Shown: positions 36,640 through 45,654, counted from the first letter of the stretch. The stretch: DNA of 64,000 bases from a virus (IMGVR_UViG_2636416187_000004:1-64000), one strand, 5' to 3'. Notes: generated from the sequence alone by a model not told the origin. Translations and numbers: made by a program.

Positions 36640-37304
36640 TGCCGGGATTTGGTCTTTCAGTCGTAAATGATGCCGGGGTCATCAGCATCGACTCGGAGTA
36701 CTCCAGGTTGTGCGTTCTCCAGATAGGGACCTACTCAGGCGGCGCCGGCAACGCGACGATCAGCTTCAATCCTGTAATTACCACGCAGGAACCGCCGCTG
36801 ATCTTTCTCCGGCCGAATAACAACGGCGGCCTGGTCACAATTGGGTGCGGCACCCTCGGTTCTGCGGGAAATTGGACAGGGATCAATATCACTGGCCCAA
36901 CCAACTATGCCCCGAACGGCAAATACTTTATCGGCGGGTTTGCACCAACTCCAACCGCTTCGTTCGGGCTTCGATTGTGGGATGGCGCCTCGAAGCTCCT
37001 GTTCGACAGCGGAAAGCAGGCCGCTGTGTTCACTCGGTTTTATCAGAACTGGACGTATGTGAAGTCGACCCAAGACGCGCAAGGCTTCTACACGAACTGG
37101 TATTCATCACCATTCAGCACTTCGGCTGATGAGTATTTGATGATCAACAACGCAGGGATGCGGATGTTGTCCGGTGACAACGTGGGAAGAGGAACGGGGA
37201 TCACCTACGACTTTGCCGCTTCTCAGCTCTGGTTCACCACTACCGCGCTGAACAATCCGTTCAACTTTTCATTGCCTGCCGTCTTCGCCAAACCCATTGC
37301 CTAG
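36639..37304 (+). CDS. Tail tip accessory protein
   Basis: Internal repeat FGLSVVND / FGLRLWD..LLFDS. Confidence 0.65.
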   Translation: MPGFGLSVVNDAGVISIDSEYSRLCVLQIGTYSGGAGNATISFNPVITTQEPPLIFLRPNNNGGLVTIGCGTLGSAGNWTGINITGPTNYAPNGKYFIGGFAPTPTASFGLRLWDGASKLLFDSGKQAAVFTRFYQNWTYVKSTQDAQGFYTNWYSSPFSTSADEYLMINNAGMRMLSGDNVGRGTGITYDFAASQLWFTTTALNNPFNFSLPAVFAKPIA

Positions 37305-37345
37305 CGATTTCAGCTCAGGCGCACCGCTTCATCACGGGAAAAACC

Positions 37346-37942
37346 ATGTCAAAACAGACGATTAACCTCGGCACTGTGCCTACGGGGGCGGGCGGCGATA
37401 CGCCTCGCAGCGCCTTCACCAAAACTCAGTCGAACATCGACGAACTCTATGCAGCGTTCGGCGCCACTGGTTCACCGCAGGCCCTGCCGGCTGCACTGCC
37501 AGTCGCCCTAGGCGGCACAGGGAACTCCACCGGCACTGCTCAGAAGCTTTTCGGCGCTGGAATGGTTGGCGCCGTTTCGCAGTCCGGGGGCGTTGCCACA
37601 GGCGCGGTCATGGAGTCCGGCACCAACGCTGCAGGCTCCTACATCCGCTACGCCGATGGCACGCAAATTTGCCACAAGCGCGTTTCGCTCGGTGGGGTGG
37701 CAATCGGCAGTCCGGCCGGTTCCGTTTTCTACAGCACCGTTGTGAACCCTGGCGCATTCGCCGCAACATTTGTCGGGCTGCCGACAACCGAGGTTGTGGT
37801 GCAGAGCTCTTCGGGCTTGTGCTGGAGCACTGTAGCTGCCGACCCGACAACCCTCCAGTTCGGGTCTATTTTCATCATCTCGCCGACCAGTACCTCGGTG
37901 ACCATTATCCTGAACTGTTTTGCCATCGGGAGGTGGTTCTGA
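37346..37942 (+). CDS. Short tail fibre protein
   Basis: INLGTVPTGAGGDTPRSAFTK anchor; YIRYADGTQIC tip motif. Confidence 0.8.
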   Translation: MSKQTINLGTVPTGAGGDTPRSAFTKTQSNIDELYAAFGATGSPQALPAALPVALGGTGNSTGTAQKLFGAGMVGAVSQSGGVATGAVMESGTNAAGSYIRYADGTQICHKRVSLGGVAIGSPAGSVFYSTVVNPGAFAATFVGLPTTEVVVQSSSGLCWSTVAADPTTLQFGSIFIISPTSTSVTIILNCFAIGRWF

Positions 37943-38658
37943 TGATCATTAAACTGATGTCCGTTCGAAACGATGAGTCCCTGGCTGTGGTGGTTGCCGG
38001 TGACGTTCTGACCGTGAATGGCCAGGCTTTTGATTTTTCGCAAGTGGGCCAGGGCGACACACTGCCGCGCCTGGCGATCAACTCCCCATGGTTTGACGCA
38101 GACGTTAAGCGCGTGAATGGGCAGCTGGTGGTCACGCTGCTGCTGCCAATTCCCGCGAATTACAGCCCAGAGCAGGCTTTCCCGGTACCGCTGCTGAATG
38201 TTCCGGATGGCGCAGTGCAGTTTCCGGCGCCGCTCCCGGTGGAAGGGGAACCGGCTGAACCGCGTGCTATGCCGGAGTTTCAGCAGGTCGTTGGCGCCAT
38301 CGATTGGAGCCAGCTGGTCACGGCACAGATGAAGGCGGCCACCGCCGCCGCGGCGCAGCTCATGCAGATGAAGGCTGTTCTGGCCAGCAAAAACGCGTCG
38401 GCCAACGCGCAGATCCTGCGTATTCAGGATCGCGTCGACACGCTGGGTTATGGCATCGACGCGGGCGAGGCAACAGAGGCTGATGAAGCCGAGCAGGCCG
38501 CGCTGCTGGTTAGCCTGAAATCCTGGAAGGCCTACAAATTTTCGCTGGGCAAGGTCACCAGCCAACCAGCCTGGCCCACCGCGCCGGCATGGCCAGCCGA
38601 ACCGCCTATTCCTGAAATCGAAGCGTCTCCGATGGCGCGAACGCCTGACGCCGCCTGA
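37942..38658 (+). CDS. Tail fibre assembly chaperone
   Basis: C-terminal WKAYK...WP..P Tfa-like pattern; follows the fibre gene. Confidence 0.75.
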   Translation: MIIKLMSVRNDESLAVVVAGDVLTVNGQAFDFSQVGQGDTLPRLAINSPWFDADVKRVNGQLVVTLLLPIPANYSPEQAFPVPLLNVPDGAVQFPAPLPVEGEPAEPRAMPEFQQVVGAIDWSQLVTAQMKAATAAAAQLMQMKAVLASKNASANAQILRIQDRVDTLGYGIDAGEATEADEAEQAALLVSLKSWKAYKFSLGKVTSQPAWPTAPAWPAEPPIPEIEASPMARTPDAA

Positions 38659-38715
38659 GTTTTTGCACAACCCGTCCACCCGCCGACGTGCGGGTATTTT
38701 TTTGCCTGGAGAAAA

Positions 38716-39141
38716 ATGATGCCTGTAACTGAGAAAGACCGCGACATCCTTGCCCGCACGTTGTGGGGTGAGGCGCGCGGCGAAGGGGCTGCCGGCCAGG
38801 TTGCGGTGGCCTGGGCGATCAAAAACCGCGTGTTCGATGGCAAGACCAATTCGTGGTGGGGGGAGGGCTACGCCGGCGTCTGCCAGAAGCCGTACCAGTT
38901 CAGCTGCTGGAACAAGACTGATCCGAACTATCAGTTCCTGATCGGCGTGAAGGAAATCCCGTTCCGTGAGCTTGCGCAATGCCGAATCGCTGCTGACCAG
39001 GTGATCGACGGCAAGGTGCCCGATCCTACCGGCGGCGCCACGCATTACTACGCCACCAGCATCAAGGCGCCGGCCTGGGACGCGAAAGCGAAGCAGACCC
39101 TCAAGCTCGGCGGCCATGTCTTCTTCAAGGATGTGCTGTGA
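38716..39141 (+). CDS. Endolysin, SleB/Hydrolase_2-type cell wall hydrolase
   Basis: LARTLWGEARGE, YQFSCWN, DPTGGATHYY, GGHVFF. Confidence 0.9.
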   Translation: MMPVTEKDRDILARTLWGEARGEGAAGQVAVAWAIKNRVFDGKTNSWWGEGYAGVCQKPYQFSCWNKTDPNYQFLIGVKEIPFRELAQCRIAADQVIDGKVPDPTGGATHYYATSIKAPAWDAKAKQTLKLGGHVFFKDVL

Positions 39142-39653
39142 GCCCGGCGGTGTGGAAGGCGGTCGGCGCGCTGGCTCTGGTTCTGCTCGGCGCCGGCAGC
39201 GCCTGGCAGCTTCAGGACTGGCGGTATGGGGCGCAGTTGGCAGAACAGGGACGGCTGCACACCGAAACCCTCAATCAGCTGGCTATAGTCGGCGCCGCCG
39301 CGCAGAAGACTGACCAGGATAAACGCCTGGCGCTCGAGCAACGCCTGTCGGCCAGTGAACAAACCTACTACAAGGAACTGAGCGATGCTCAAACGAACCA
39401 GGCGCGCCTGCGCGATCGCCTTGCCACTTCTGATTTGCGGCTGTCAGTCCTTCTCGACGCCACGGATTCAGCCAGTGGCTGTTCAGTGCCAGCCGGTACC
39501 GGCGCCGGCGGCGTGGTTCATGGAGGAGCGCGCGCCCGACTTGACCCAGCGCATGCTCAACGAATTGTCAGCATTACCGATCATGGAGATCAAGGACTAA
39601 TTGCTCTACGCGCGTGCCAATCATATGTAAAGAACGTGCTGTTTATTAGATGA
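39138..39653 (+). CDS. Rz: Inner-membrane spanin (Rz-like)
   Basis: N-terminal TM, coiled coil, LRACQSYV end. Confidence 0.85.
   Translation: MSPAVWKAVGALALVLLGAGSAWQLQDWRYGAQLAEQGRLHTETLNQLAIVGAAAQKTDQDKRLALEQRLSASEQTYYKELSDAQTNQARLRDRLATSDLRLSVLLDATDSASGCSVPAGTGAGGVVHGGARARLDPAHAQRIVSITDHGDQGLIALRACQSYVKNVLFIR
39385..39600 (+). CDS. Rz1: Outer-membrane spanin lipoprotein embedded in Rz
   Basis: +1 frame inside Rz; basic N-terminus, LICGC lipobox, Pro-rich. Confidence 0.75.
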   Translation: MLKRTRRACAIALPLLICGCQSFSTPRIQPVAVQCQPVPAPAAWFMEERAPDLTQRMLNELSALPIMEIKD

Positions 39654-39677
39654 TGGTCATTCAATAACTATTTTGAT

Positions 39678-40649
39678 TTAAGTCGCTGGAGTTTCAATCC
39701 TTCCTTTGATCAATTGTTCAATATCAAATGGCATGGTTTGATCTGCCTGCTGTGGGCGTGCTCCAGATATGCCTTTGTAGTCAAAATTTTCGGTGGCATC
39801 AAGTAGTTTTGTTGGCTTGTAGTTTTCGTCGAACGTTAGAATATTTACAAATGCTCTAGATAAATATCCAATTGGATAAACTAGTTCTTTTAGTGGGTTT
39901 GGGGGTACGGGGTCGCCACCTTCAGTAACGATTTCAAAGAATGGTTTGATTTGATACTTTTGCGCGATTTCGTTGTAGTTGTGGTATAGCTTGTAGATCG
40001 TTGCGGGTATGTCATTCTGGTTTTTTAGTTTACTTGCGGTTTCAAGTAGTTTGTTTATGTCCTGCTCTATGGCGTCGGCAAAGGCTTGGTCTACCTTGAG
40101 GTTTCCGGACTTGACGTTTGGGAAGGCCATTTTGTGCAGTCTTCGCGGATTTCGGAATTCTATCATGCCAGTATTGTTTTCGAATCCGACATCTTGCTCT
40201 TGATGTTTTGTTATGCTTTTCTCGAACTCGTCAACGTGTTTGAAATAGTTTGTGAAATTGTTGTTGCTGTGCGCAGCTTTGAGCTGGCTCTCTGAAAGCG
40301 CAATTTGGTTCTGAGTTAACATCATTTGTGCTTTTGTTTGCTCGGACCTGTGGTTGGCAACAAGAACGGCTATGACAGGAATTAGAATTGCCGTTAGCCC
40401 AATCGGGAATCTGAAAATTGTTAACGCGTTGTTGAAGCCTTCGTGGCTGAGGTTGAGTGTGAGTTTTAATGCGGGGTCATAAAATATGACTAGGGCGGAA
40501 GATATTGCGAGAATTATAATGATAGAAGCCGCTAGCCTTACAATCGTGAGTTCGAAGAAGCTGGTGTTAGGGTCGAATGACAATATTTTCTTCAAGGTTG
40601 GTACCCTCTTTATATGATCCTGAGTGTGGCAGTTTTTTGCTTTCAGCAT
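39678..40649 (-). CDS. Moron: two-TM membrane protein with coiled coil and soluble C-terminal domain
   Basis: Very AT-rich; two hydrophobic helices then NHRSEQT...NNFTNYFKH; start uncertain. Confidence 0.7.
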   Translation of the reverse strand: MLKAKNCHTQDHIKRVPTLKKILSFDPNTSFFELTIVRLAASIIIILAISSALVIFYDPALKLTLNLSHEGFNNALTIFRFPIGLTAILIPVIAVLVANHRSEQTKAQMMLTQNQIALSESQLKAAHSNNNFTNYFKHVDEFEKSITKHQEQDVGFENNTGMIEFRNPRRLHKMAFPNVKSGNLKVDQAFADAIEQDINKLLETASKLKNQNDIPATIYKLYHNYNEIAQKYQIKPFFEIVTEGGDPVPPNPLKELVYPIGYLSRAFVNILTFDENYKPTKLLDATENFDYKGISGARPQQADQTMPFDIEQLIKGRIETPAT

Positions 40650-40791
40650 TATCTAACGGGTTTATCAAGTGTGTCTCTTGGCACCTCACATTACCAACGT
40701 CAGAGCTGACACGGAACCATTCAAACAACTCAATCAGGATCGCCCTGATCAACCACCATACGCTCGGCGCGCTCCGGGTCCAGCTAGCTAA

Positions 40792-41001
40792 TCACTCCGT
40801 CGTCATCAGCACCGCTAGCGCCATCTTGATAAATTCCTCATTCCTGTCGATGGCCTCCAGGGCACCGCGCACATTGTCGGCGACGTCGGCTGACCCGCGT
40901 TGCTCGACCCAGTTTGAAAGCTCCAAGATGGCGGCTTCCAACGCGAGCTGGTTTTCGTTGAGCTTGAATAGCAGGGAAGGGAGTAGGTCAGAATTTGGCA
41001 T
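40792..41001 (-). CDS. Small helical hypothetical protein
   Basis: AAGGA SD, 69 aa. Confidence 0.65.
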   Translation of the reverse strand: MPNSDLLPSLLFKLNENQLALEAAILELSNWVEQRGSADVADNVRGALEAIDRNEEFIKMALAVLMTTE

Positions 41002-41209
41002 CGCGAATCCTTCGTGGAGTTTTCAGCGTAGCAGGGGCGAACAATTGGCTTGGATTTCAGGTCGGCAGAACGCCGGAGAAGGGGTGGCACTACTGTAAGA
41101 ATATACAACGCTAAGTTATTGATTCTTATAGGGTGAAATGTTGATTTTGCACCTCGTAAAAACCACTAATTTTTCCTTTTGGATCAATAGCTTGCATTGG
41201 TTTCGAGGT

Positions 41210-41230
41210 CACCTTGACATGGTGGGTCGT
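41210..41230 (+). other. Vestigial tRNA-Val(GAC) anticodon-arm fragment (relic att core)
   Basis: CACC-TTGACAT-GGTG stem-loop plus GGTCGT; IHF-like sites at 41112-41124 and 41182-41194. Confidence 0.5.
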
Positions 41231-41234
41231 AAAC

Positions 41235-41636
41235 TTATCCCGCTGGCGGATAAATCGCAGATGCGCAGAGCTGACTCGCTACTGCACCGGCCGGTGAGTT
41301 GCCCATGATGACCGACCTTCCACCTGCCGGAAGAAGAGCCCAACTGAACCCAGTATAGGCACCGTAGCTATTTTTTCCGTTGATCTCGATACACCAGGAG
41401 TCTTTCGATTTGTCTCGTGCTTCCCCTCGGCCGTCTGAGGTTACGAAAAACGTATCACGAAACTTTGCACTATCCGGATCCTTCAGGTCGTAACTCGCCA
41501 TCGTGTGAGCAAGCAGAACTGTGTTTTCGTTCATCGGATATCGGTAAAGAATCAGAGGCTTTGCAGGCGCTGGTCTTGGTGGCGTAGAGCAGCCGGCAAG
41601 AGAGATAACGATCAGAGACAGGGCTAGCTTTTTCAT
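41235..41636 (-). CDS. Lipoprotein with LKDPDSAK/NSYGAY domain
   Basis: MKK...LAGC lipobox. Confidence 0.8.
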   Translation of the reverse strand: MKKLALSLIVISLAGCSTPPRPAPAKPLILYRYPMNENTVLLAHTMASYDLKDPDSAKFRDTFFVTSDGRGEARDKSKDSWCIEINGKNSYGAYTGFSWALLPAGGRSVIMGNSPAGAVASQLCASAIYPPAG

Positions 41637-41850
41637 GCTGACATTCCATTGTTTGTGTTTTTTTGCATCGGCAATTGAGGATGGTACATGCTTCTGCTCT
41701 CGTCACCTCCCAACAGGATCAAACTTGCGCAAAACCTCCTTTGGAGACCGCGTCTTTCCGTTTGCATAAACACAAAAATGCTTATGTTTTGTCGGTCAAA
41801 AAAGACGGTCTTTTCTTTATAAAACAGTAGGTTAGGTAGCTTCTGCTCCC

Positions 41851-41898
41851 AGCATGGGGTGCTAGGGGTCGAGTGTTCGAATCACTCCGTCCCGACCA
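41851..41898 (+). repeat. att core: 3' part of tRNA-Pro(GGG), junction of the two prophages
   Basis: AGCA-TGGGG-TGCT anticodon arm, GAGTG-TTCGAAT-CACTC T arm, CCA end; 5' half and D arm absent. Confidence 0.85.
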
Positions 41899-41914
41899 TA
41901 TATTTCAATGACTT

Positions 41915-41942
41915 AGCCCAACTTTAGCGAGTTGGGCTTTTT
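41915..41942 (+). terminator. Terminator downstream of the tRNA fragment
   Basis: AGCCCAACT/AGTTGGGCT stem plus T tract. Confidence 0.7.
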
Positions 41943-41967
41943 CATGCGTAGGGACTTTTGCGGGGGT

Positions 41968-43164
41968 TCATCCCGTTTTTCTCCTCAAGATGGTCAGCGC
42001 CGGTCCTCGCGAATCGGTTGCCGACACTTTGTTCGCCGCCTCAATCAAATGCTCAAGCTCTGCGGTAGAATAGTGGCTCGTAATGCTGCCGTTCTTGTGC
42101 CCAAGTAGTGCCTTTCGATCTTCCTCTGTCACGTTCGCCGCACGGAGCCTTCTGCCAAAGGTGTGCTTCAGATCGTGAACCCTGATCGAGCGGAACCCAG
42201 GGTGTGCTGGCGACTTGTGTTCCTTTTCCCATCTAGCCGCCGCCCTGATTCTTGCCTTCTTCCATGCCGTGTCGTTCATCCTGTGCATCGCGGTTGGGCC
42301 GTACTCGTCCGGCTGCCCGTATGGGAAAACATACTTTTTGTGAAGTCCGCGCTGGCCGTCGATAATCGACATCGCTACCCGATTCAGTACGACCAACCTT
42401 TCATCCCTGTTTTTCACCCCCGCCTTTTCGTGCCGTCCACCAAACTCCGGTGGGATCAGGAACACGCTCGTTCCAAGTTCCGGCACCCGTATCTCCCAAT
42501 CCCACTCAAGTTTGCAGACTTCCTGTTCCCGAGATCCTGAATTCACTTTGTAGAGGGCCATCCTCAACAGGTGATCCGGTATCTCGGCGAACAACATCGA
42601 CTGTTCTTCCCATGAAAGCGGGTAGGGCTTTCGGCTCGATCTCTTTTCCTCAAGCATCGATATCATCGGCACGCTGTCCAGCCACGGCCGCTTCTCAGCG
42701 TCTCGCCACTTCCTGTGGCACAGGTTCAGGATCCTGACGACTCGCTGCAGGGCAATGTTCACCGTCCTGTTCGACACGCCTGGCTTTACTTTCCCATTCG
42801 CTGTTTTGGTTGGCTTCTGCCTATCTCGCTTGAAGGCGGCCAGAGTGCCGTCATCAATATGCGTGATTGGTAGGTCGCCAATGTACGGATCGAGCTGTTC
42901 GATGTGAGAAGCGGACAGGGCAATAGAGGCTTGATCCTTGAATTCCACCAGGAATCTGGTGGCAGCCTCGCGCCAGGTTCGCACCTCGCGTACACCGTAA
43001 ACCTTTTCCTGCCGGAGTTTTTCCAAGCGGTGGATCAGGTACTGCTCCGCTTCCTGCCTTTCGCTTGATCCAGTGCTTTCCTGAAGTCGCTGACCTCTGA
43101 CGACTTTGTCGATGTGCCAAATTCCGTTCCTCTCGTAGAGGCCGGAGATTGTTTTTCGCGCCAT
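41968..43164 (-). CDS. int: Tyrosine integrase of prophage 2
   Basis: SGSREQE (R), VKN, HDLKH, LLGH, SHY; adjacent to att. Confidence 0.92.
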   Translation of the reverse strand: MARKTISGLYERNGIWHIDKVVRGQRLQESTGSSERQEAEQYLIHRLEKLRQEKVYGVREVRTWREAATRFLVEFKDQASIALSASHIEQLDPYIGDLPITHIDDGTLAAFKRDRQKPTKTANGKVKPGVSNRTVNIALQRVVRILNLCHRKWRDAEKRPWLDSVPMISMLEEKRSSRKPYPLSWEEQSMLFAEIPDHLLRMALYKVNSGSREQEVCKLEWDWEIRVPELGTSVFLIPPEFGGRHEKAGVKNRDERLVVLNRVAMSIIDGQRGLHKKYVFPYGQPDEYGPTAMHRMNDTAWKKARIRAAARWEKEHKSPAHPGFRSIRVHDLKHTFGRRLRAANVTEEDRKALLGHKNGSITSHYSTAELEHLIEAANKVSATDSRGPALTILRRKTG

Positions 43165-43436
43165 TTACTTGCTCCTTGGCGCCCACTGCGGGGCTGATTG
43201 TTGTCCTGATTGGCCGCTTTTTCAATTGCCATGGACTCGATGTAGGCGTCAGCCCACTGGTCAAGCTCGATTCGGTCGAAGCCGACGCCCTGTTTCCCGA
43301 TCGGGAATTCACGAACGTTCGGCCGGACTGTTTTGTTGAATTCGTCCCGGCACATGCCGAGGTAGCCGTATGCCTCGCCGGCGCGAATGAAGCGCGGGAG
43401 GATTGGCGCGACCTGGGCCGCGCTTCGATTTGCCAT
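43035..43436 (-). CDS. xis: Excisionase-like protein overlapping int
   Basis: RFIRAGEAYGYLGM..FDRIELDQW winged-helix pattern. Confidence 0.65.
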   Translation of the reverse strand: MANRSAAQVAPILPRFIRAGEAYGYLGMCRDEFNKTVRPNVREFPIGKQGVGFDRIELDQWADAYIESMAIEKAANQDNNQPRSGRQGASKWREKQSPASTRGTEFGTSTKSSEVSDFRKALDQAKGRKRSST

Positions 43437-43475
43437 GAGGTATTGCTCCATGCCGCGCGTGGCGGCAGAAGGTGG

Positions 43476-43961
43476 TTATAGGGTGGCTTTGGCGATAGCG
43501 GCTCGGGCCTTCGAGATCTCGGCGAGCTCTTGCTGATGTTCCGGAGTGGTGTACTTGAACTCATTTGCCAGGAGCGTCCAGCGCTCGACGGCAAGGCTCA
43601 GGGCTGTGACCAGCTCTTCGTGCAGTCCGCGCTCTTCGCGTCCGATATCCCAGAAGCGCTGGCCCCAGTGTCCAGCCGGTGGCGGATTACTGTTCTGCGC
43701 GCCGAGTGCCAGTGCGCCGACCACTGCGTCCAGCAGGTCACGCTTATAGGCGTTGTCGCCGTCGATGCTCAGGCCTTGGCGGCGCAGCGCGTCGAGCGCG
43801 TTATTCAAGTTCGCCTCGGGCGAAGGCAGCACCAGGTCAAAGTCAGCTTTGCCCGGCCGGCAGACGATCACAAACATCTGGCAATCGAGCGGCAGGTGTT
43901 GGGCGATATCCGAGATCGATTCGATAGCCACTTCGCGCAGTTGGTGTTTTTGATCAGGCAT
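43476..43961 (-). CDS. Phage hypothetical protein, homolog of 1370-1864
   Basis: Shared core sequence and leader. Confidence 0.75.
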   Translation of the reverse strand: MPDQKHQLREVAIESISDIAQHLPLDCQMFVIVCRPGKADFDLVLPSPEANLNNALDALRRQGLSIDGDNAYKRDLLDAVVGALALGAQNSNPPPAGHWGQRFWDIGREERGLHEELVTALSLAVERWTLLANEFKYTTPEHQQELAEISKARAAIAKATL

Positions 43962-44012
43962 ACGAATTCCTCGCCCGCCGTACACCGGCAGGCTGTTGAG
44001 TTGGGGGAGGGG

Positions 44013-44330
44013 TTACTGCTGGATGAGTTCGGCGGGGACCTTGACCGTGGCACCGCGCTTGGCGAAGACCACGGCGCGGAATACGGCGATTGCTCGGGTT
44101 TCGCCGGACTGGCGGTTGAATGGATCGTACGTCGCGTCGGCCAGCCACTGGTGCCGGTGGCCGACATCGACCCAGACGCCGTACTTTGTGATCAGTTGCT
44201 CGGCGTCGGGCATGGCGAAGAGATCCAGCTGGCCGGCCACGGGCTGCTGATTATCCTCGATCGCGTCGATTGCCCAGTCCAGCGCCGGGCCGGTCAGTTC
44301 TTCGGTGCGGACGCTGACCAAGCGCCTCAT
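44013..44330 (-). CDS. NinX/DUF2591-like protein
   Basis: Near-identical to 1919-2236. Confidence 0.7.
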   Translation of the reverse strand: MRRLVSVRTEELTGPALDWAIDAIEDNQQPVAGQLDLFAMPDAEQLITKYGVWVDVGHRHQWLADATYDPFNRQSGETRAIAVFRAVVFAKRGATVKVPAELIQQ

Positions 44331-44704
44331 GGGACAAGTTCGGCGGGAATGCTCAACACCATGCCGAGCCTGTCCGCGACGATGGCGCGACAGATTGCAA
44401 CCAGCGGCTCTTCAGCTTCGAGCCATTCGGTTGGCGCATTTGGGCGATGTGGGTGTGCCACCCATCCCACGCGACGGACGGGACCAAAGCCGATTTTGTT
44501 TTTCTCGATCAGGGGGCCGCACTGGCTCCAGTCAGTGGACGGCTCGTACAGATTAGTCCAGCAGCCGCTGCCGTCTGACATTTCGTAGATACAGGAAATG
44601 GCATCGTTCTTCACGACGATATCTCCGCAGCCGACTGCGGTTGCCACAGACCAGTTCAGCGCCAGGCCTGCCAGATCCTGCGTTTTCACTTCGATCATAT
44701 TCAT
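44327..44704 (-). CDS. NinX/DUF2591-family protein
   Basis: LAGLALNWSVA, YEPSTDWSQCGPLIEK, PLVAICRAIV. Confidence 0.75.
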   Translation of the reverse strand: MNMIEVKTQDLAGLALNWSVATAVGCGDIVVKNDAISCIYEMSDGSGCWTNLYEPSTDWSQCGPLIEKNKIGFGPVRRVGWVAHPHRPNAPTEWLEAEEPLVAICRAIVADRLGMVLSIPAELVP

Positions 44705-44769
44705 CGCCACGGCCCCTTGTAGATGAGGTAGGCCATGTAGAGCGGGGCGGCAATTGGAATGATGATCAT
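44701..44769 (-). CDS. 22-aa hydrophobic peptide, homolog of 2565-2621
   Basis: APLYMAYLIYKGPWR identical; ATGA-coupled. Confidence 0.55.
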   Translation of the reverse strand: MIIIPIAAPLYMAYLIYKGPWR

Positions 44770-44993
44770 GGCGTCACCTCAGTAAGTTGCCACTTGGTGT
44801 TGTTGGTTTGCGAGCGATCGGATCGAACAAGTCCTTCCTTTTCCATCCGCTCGAGCTCCTTCCTGATGACGCGCGTCCCCAGCGCGCCGTGTTGGATATG
44901 GAATCGAAACCACCAGGTGCAGAACCAACCCCGAACGGACATGTTCTGCTTTCGCATGTACGCGATGATGTCCTCACGCAGTTCTTTGCTCAT
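44766..44993 (-). CDS. Small winged-helix-like protein
   Basis: IRKELERMEKEGLV pattern; coupled. Confidence 0.55.
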   Translation of the reverse strand: MSKELREDIIAYMRKQNMSVRGWFCTWWFRFHIQHGALGTRVIRKELERMEKEGLVRSDRSQTNNTKWQLTEVTP

Positions 44994-45066
44994 CCGATCA
45001 CCGCCTTAATGGTCAGGGTCAGTGGAAGCCAGAAGAAGAGGGTGCAGCCGGCCATGCATTTGAGGA

Positions 45067-45654
45067 TCATGCTGCGGCCCTCGCGATGGTGACCTCATCA
45101 ATGAGCGCCTGCGGGAGTTGCGCGGCGAATTCGCCTTCTGACCAAGAAAGCGGCTCGGACTTGCGGATCATCTCGTTCAGCAATTCGAATGCCGCAAGCA
45201 ACTGATCGTCGCGGATCTCGCCGTCCTCTGGCAGGTCATCGATGAAGTGACCTGCCGGGTCGATTTGGCTGGGGTAGTTCGGTTCGCAGATACAGAGTTG
45301 CAGGTCGGCCAGATCGATTTCGCTCTCGACCAGGTAGTCGCGCAGATCGTCTTCATCAAAGAAGTAACGATCACCATCAAAAATGACCAGAGGTTCGCCG
45401 GCCCATTCCTTGACTGGCATCGCCGCGAATTTCGCTTGGCGGCGGGCGTGGTGGCACGCTTTACAGTAGCTGTTCACTTCGTAGATATCGTGATCAGGGT
45501 TCGCTTCGCAGCGGCGATGGGTGGCACCGCAGTAGCGGGCAAGGTTTTCGTCCGCGCCGAAAAATCGACCATCGGCGGAAACCCAACCGGTTACCGTTTT
45601 GAGGCTGGCCGCTTCCGGAGCGTCGAACATGATGATTGGCTTTTGTTCAGGCAT
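45067..45654 (-). CDS. Phage hypothetical protein
   Basis: Hairpin and SD leader; Cys/His cluster. Confidence 0.7.
   Translation of the reverse strand: MPEQKPIIMFDAPEAASLKTVTGWVSADGRFFGADENLARYCGATHRRCEANPDHDIYEVNSYCKACHHARRQAKFAAMPVKEWAGEPLVIFDGDRYFFDEDDLRDYLVESEIDLADLQLCICEPNYPSQIDPAGHFIDDLPEDGEIRDDQLLAAFELLNEMIRKSEPLSWSEGEFAAQLPQALIDEVTIARAAA

Larger units (their letters stand above)
1..41898. mobile_element. Prophage 1, lambdoid siphovirus (HK97-type head, lambda-type tail); left att lies outside the window
   Basis: Continuous int-early-immunity-replication-late-lysis gene order ending at a tRNA 3' fragment. Confidence 0.93.

Noticed and set aside
37346-38658. Invertible tail-fibre cassette driven by the second recombinase
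   Set aside because: No alternative fibre segment or flanking inverted repeats were seen.
41093-41108. LexA-like box CTGTAAGAATATACAA
   Set aside because: It mismatches the conserved CAG end and lies within an att-arm-like region; evidence is insufficient.
41821-41898. Intact tRNA-Pro gene
   Set aside because: The upstream bases cannot pair with the 3' acceptor strand and there is no D arm; only the 3' 48 bp are present, so it is called an att core.
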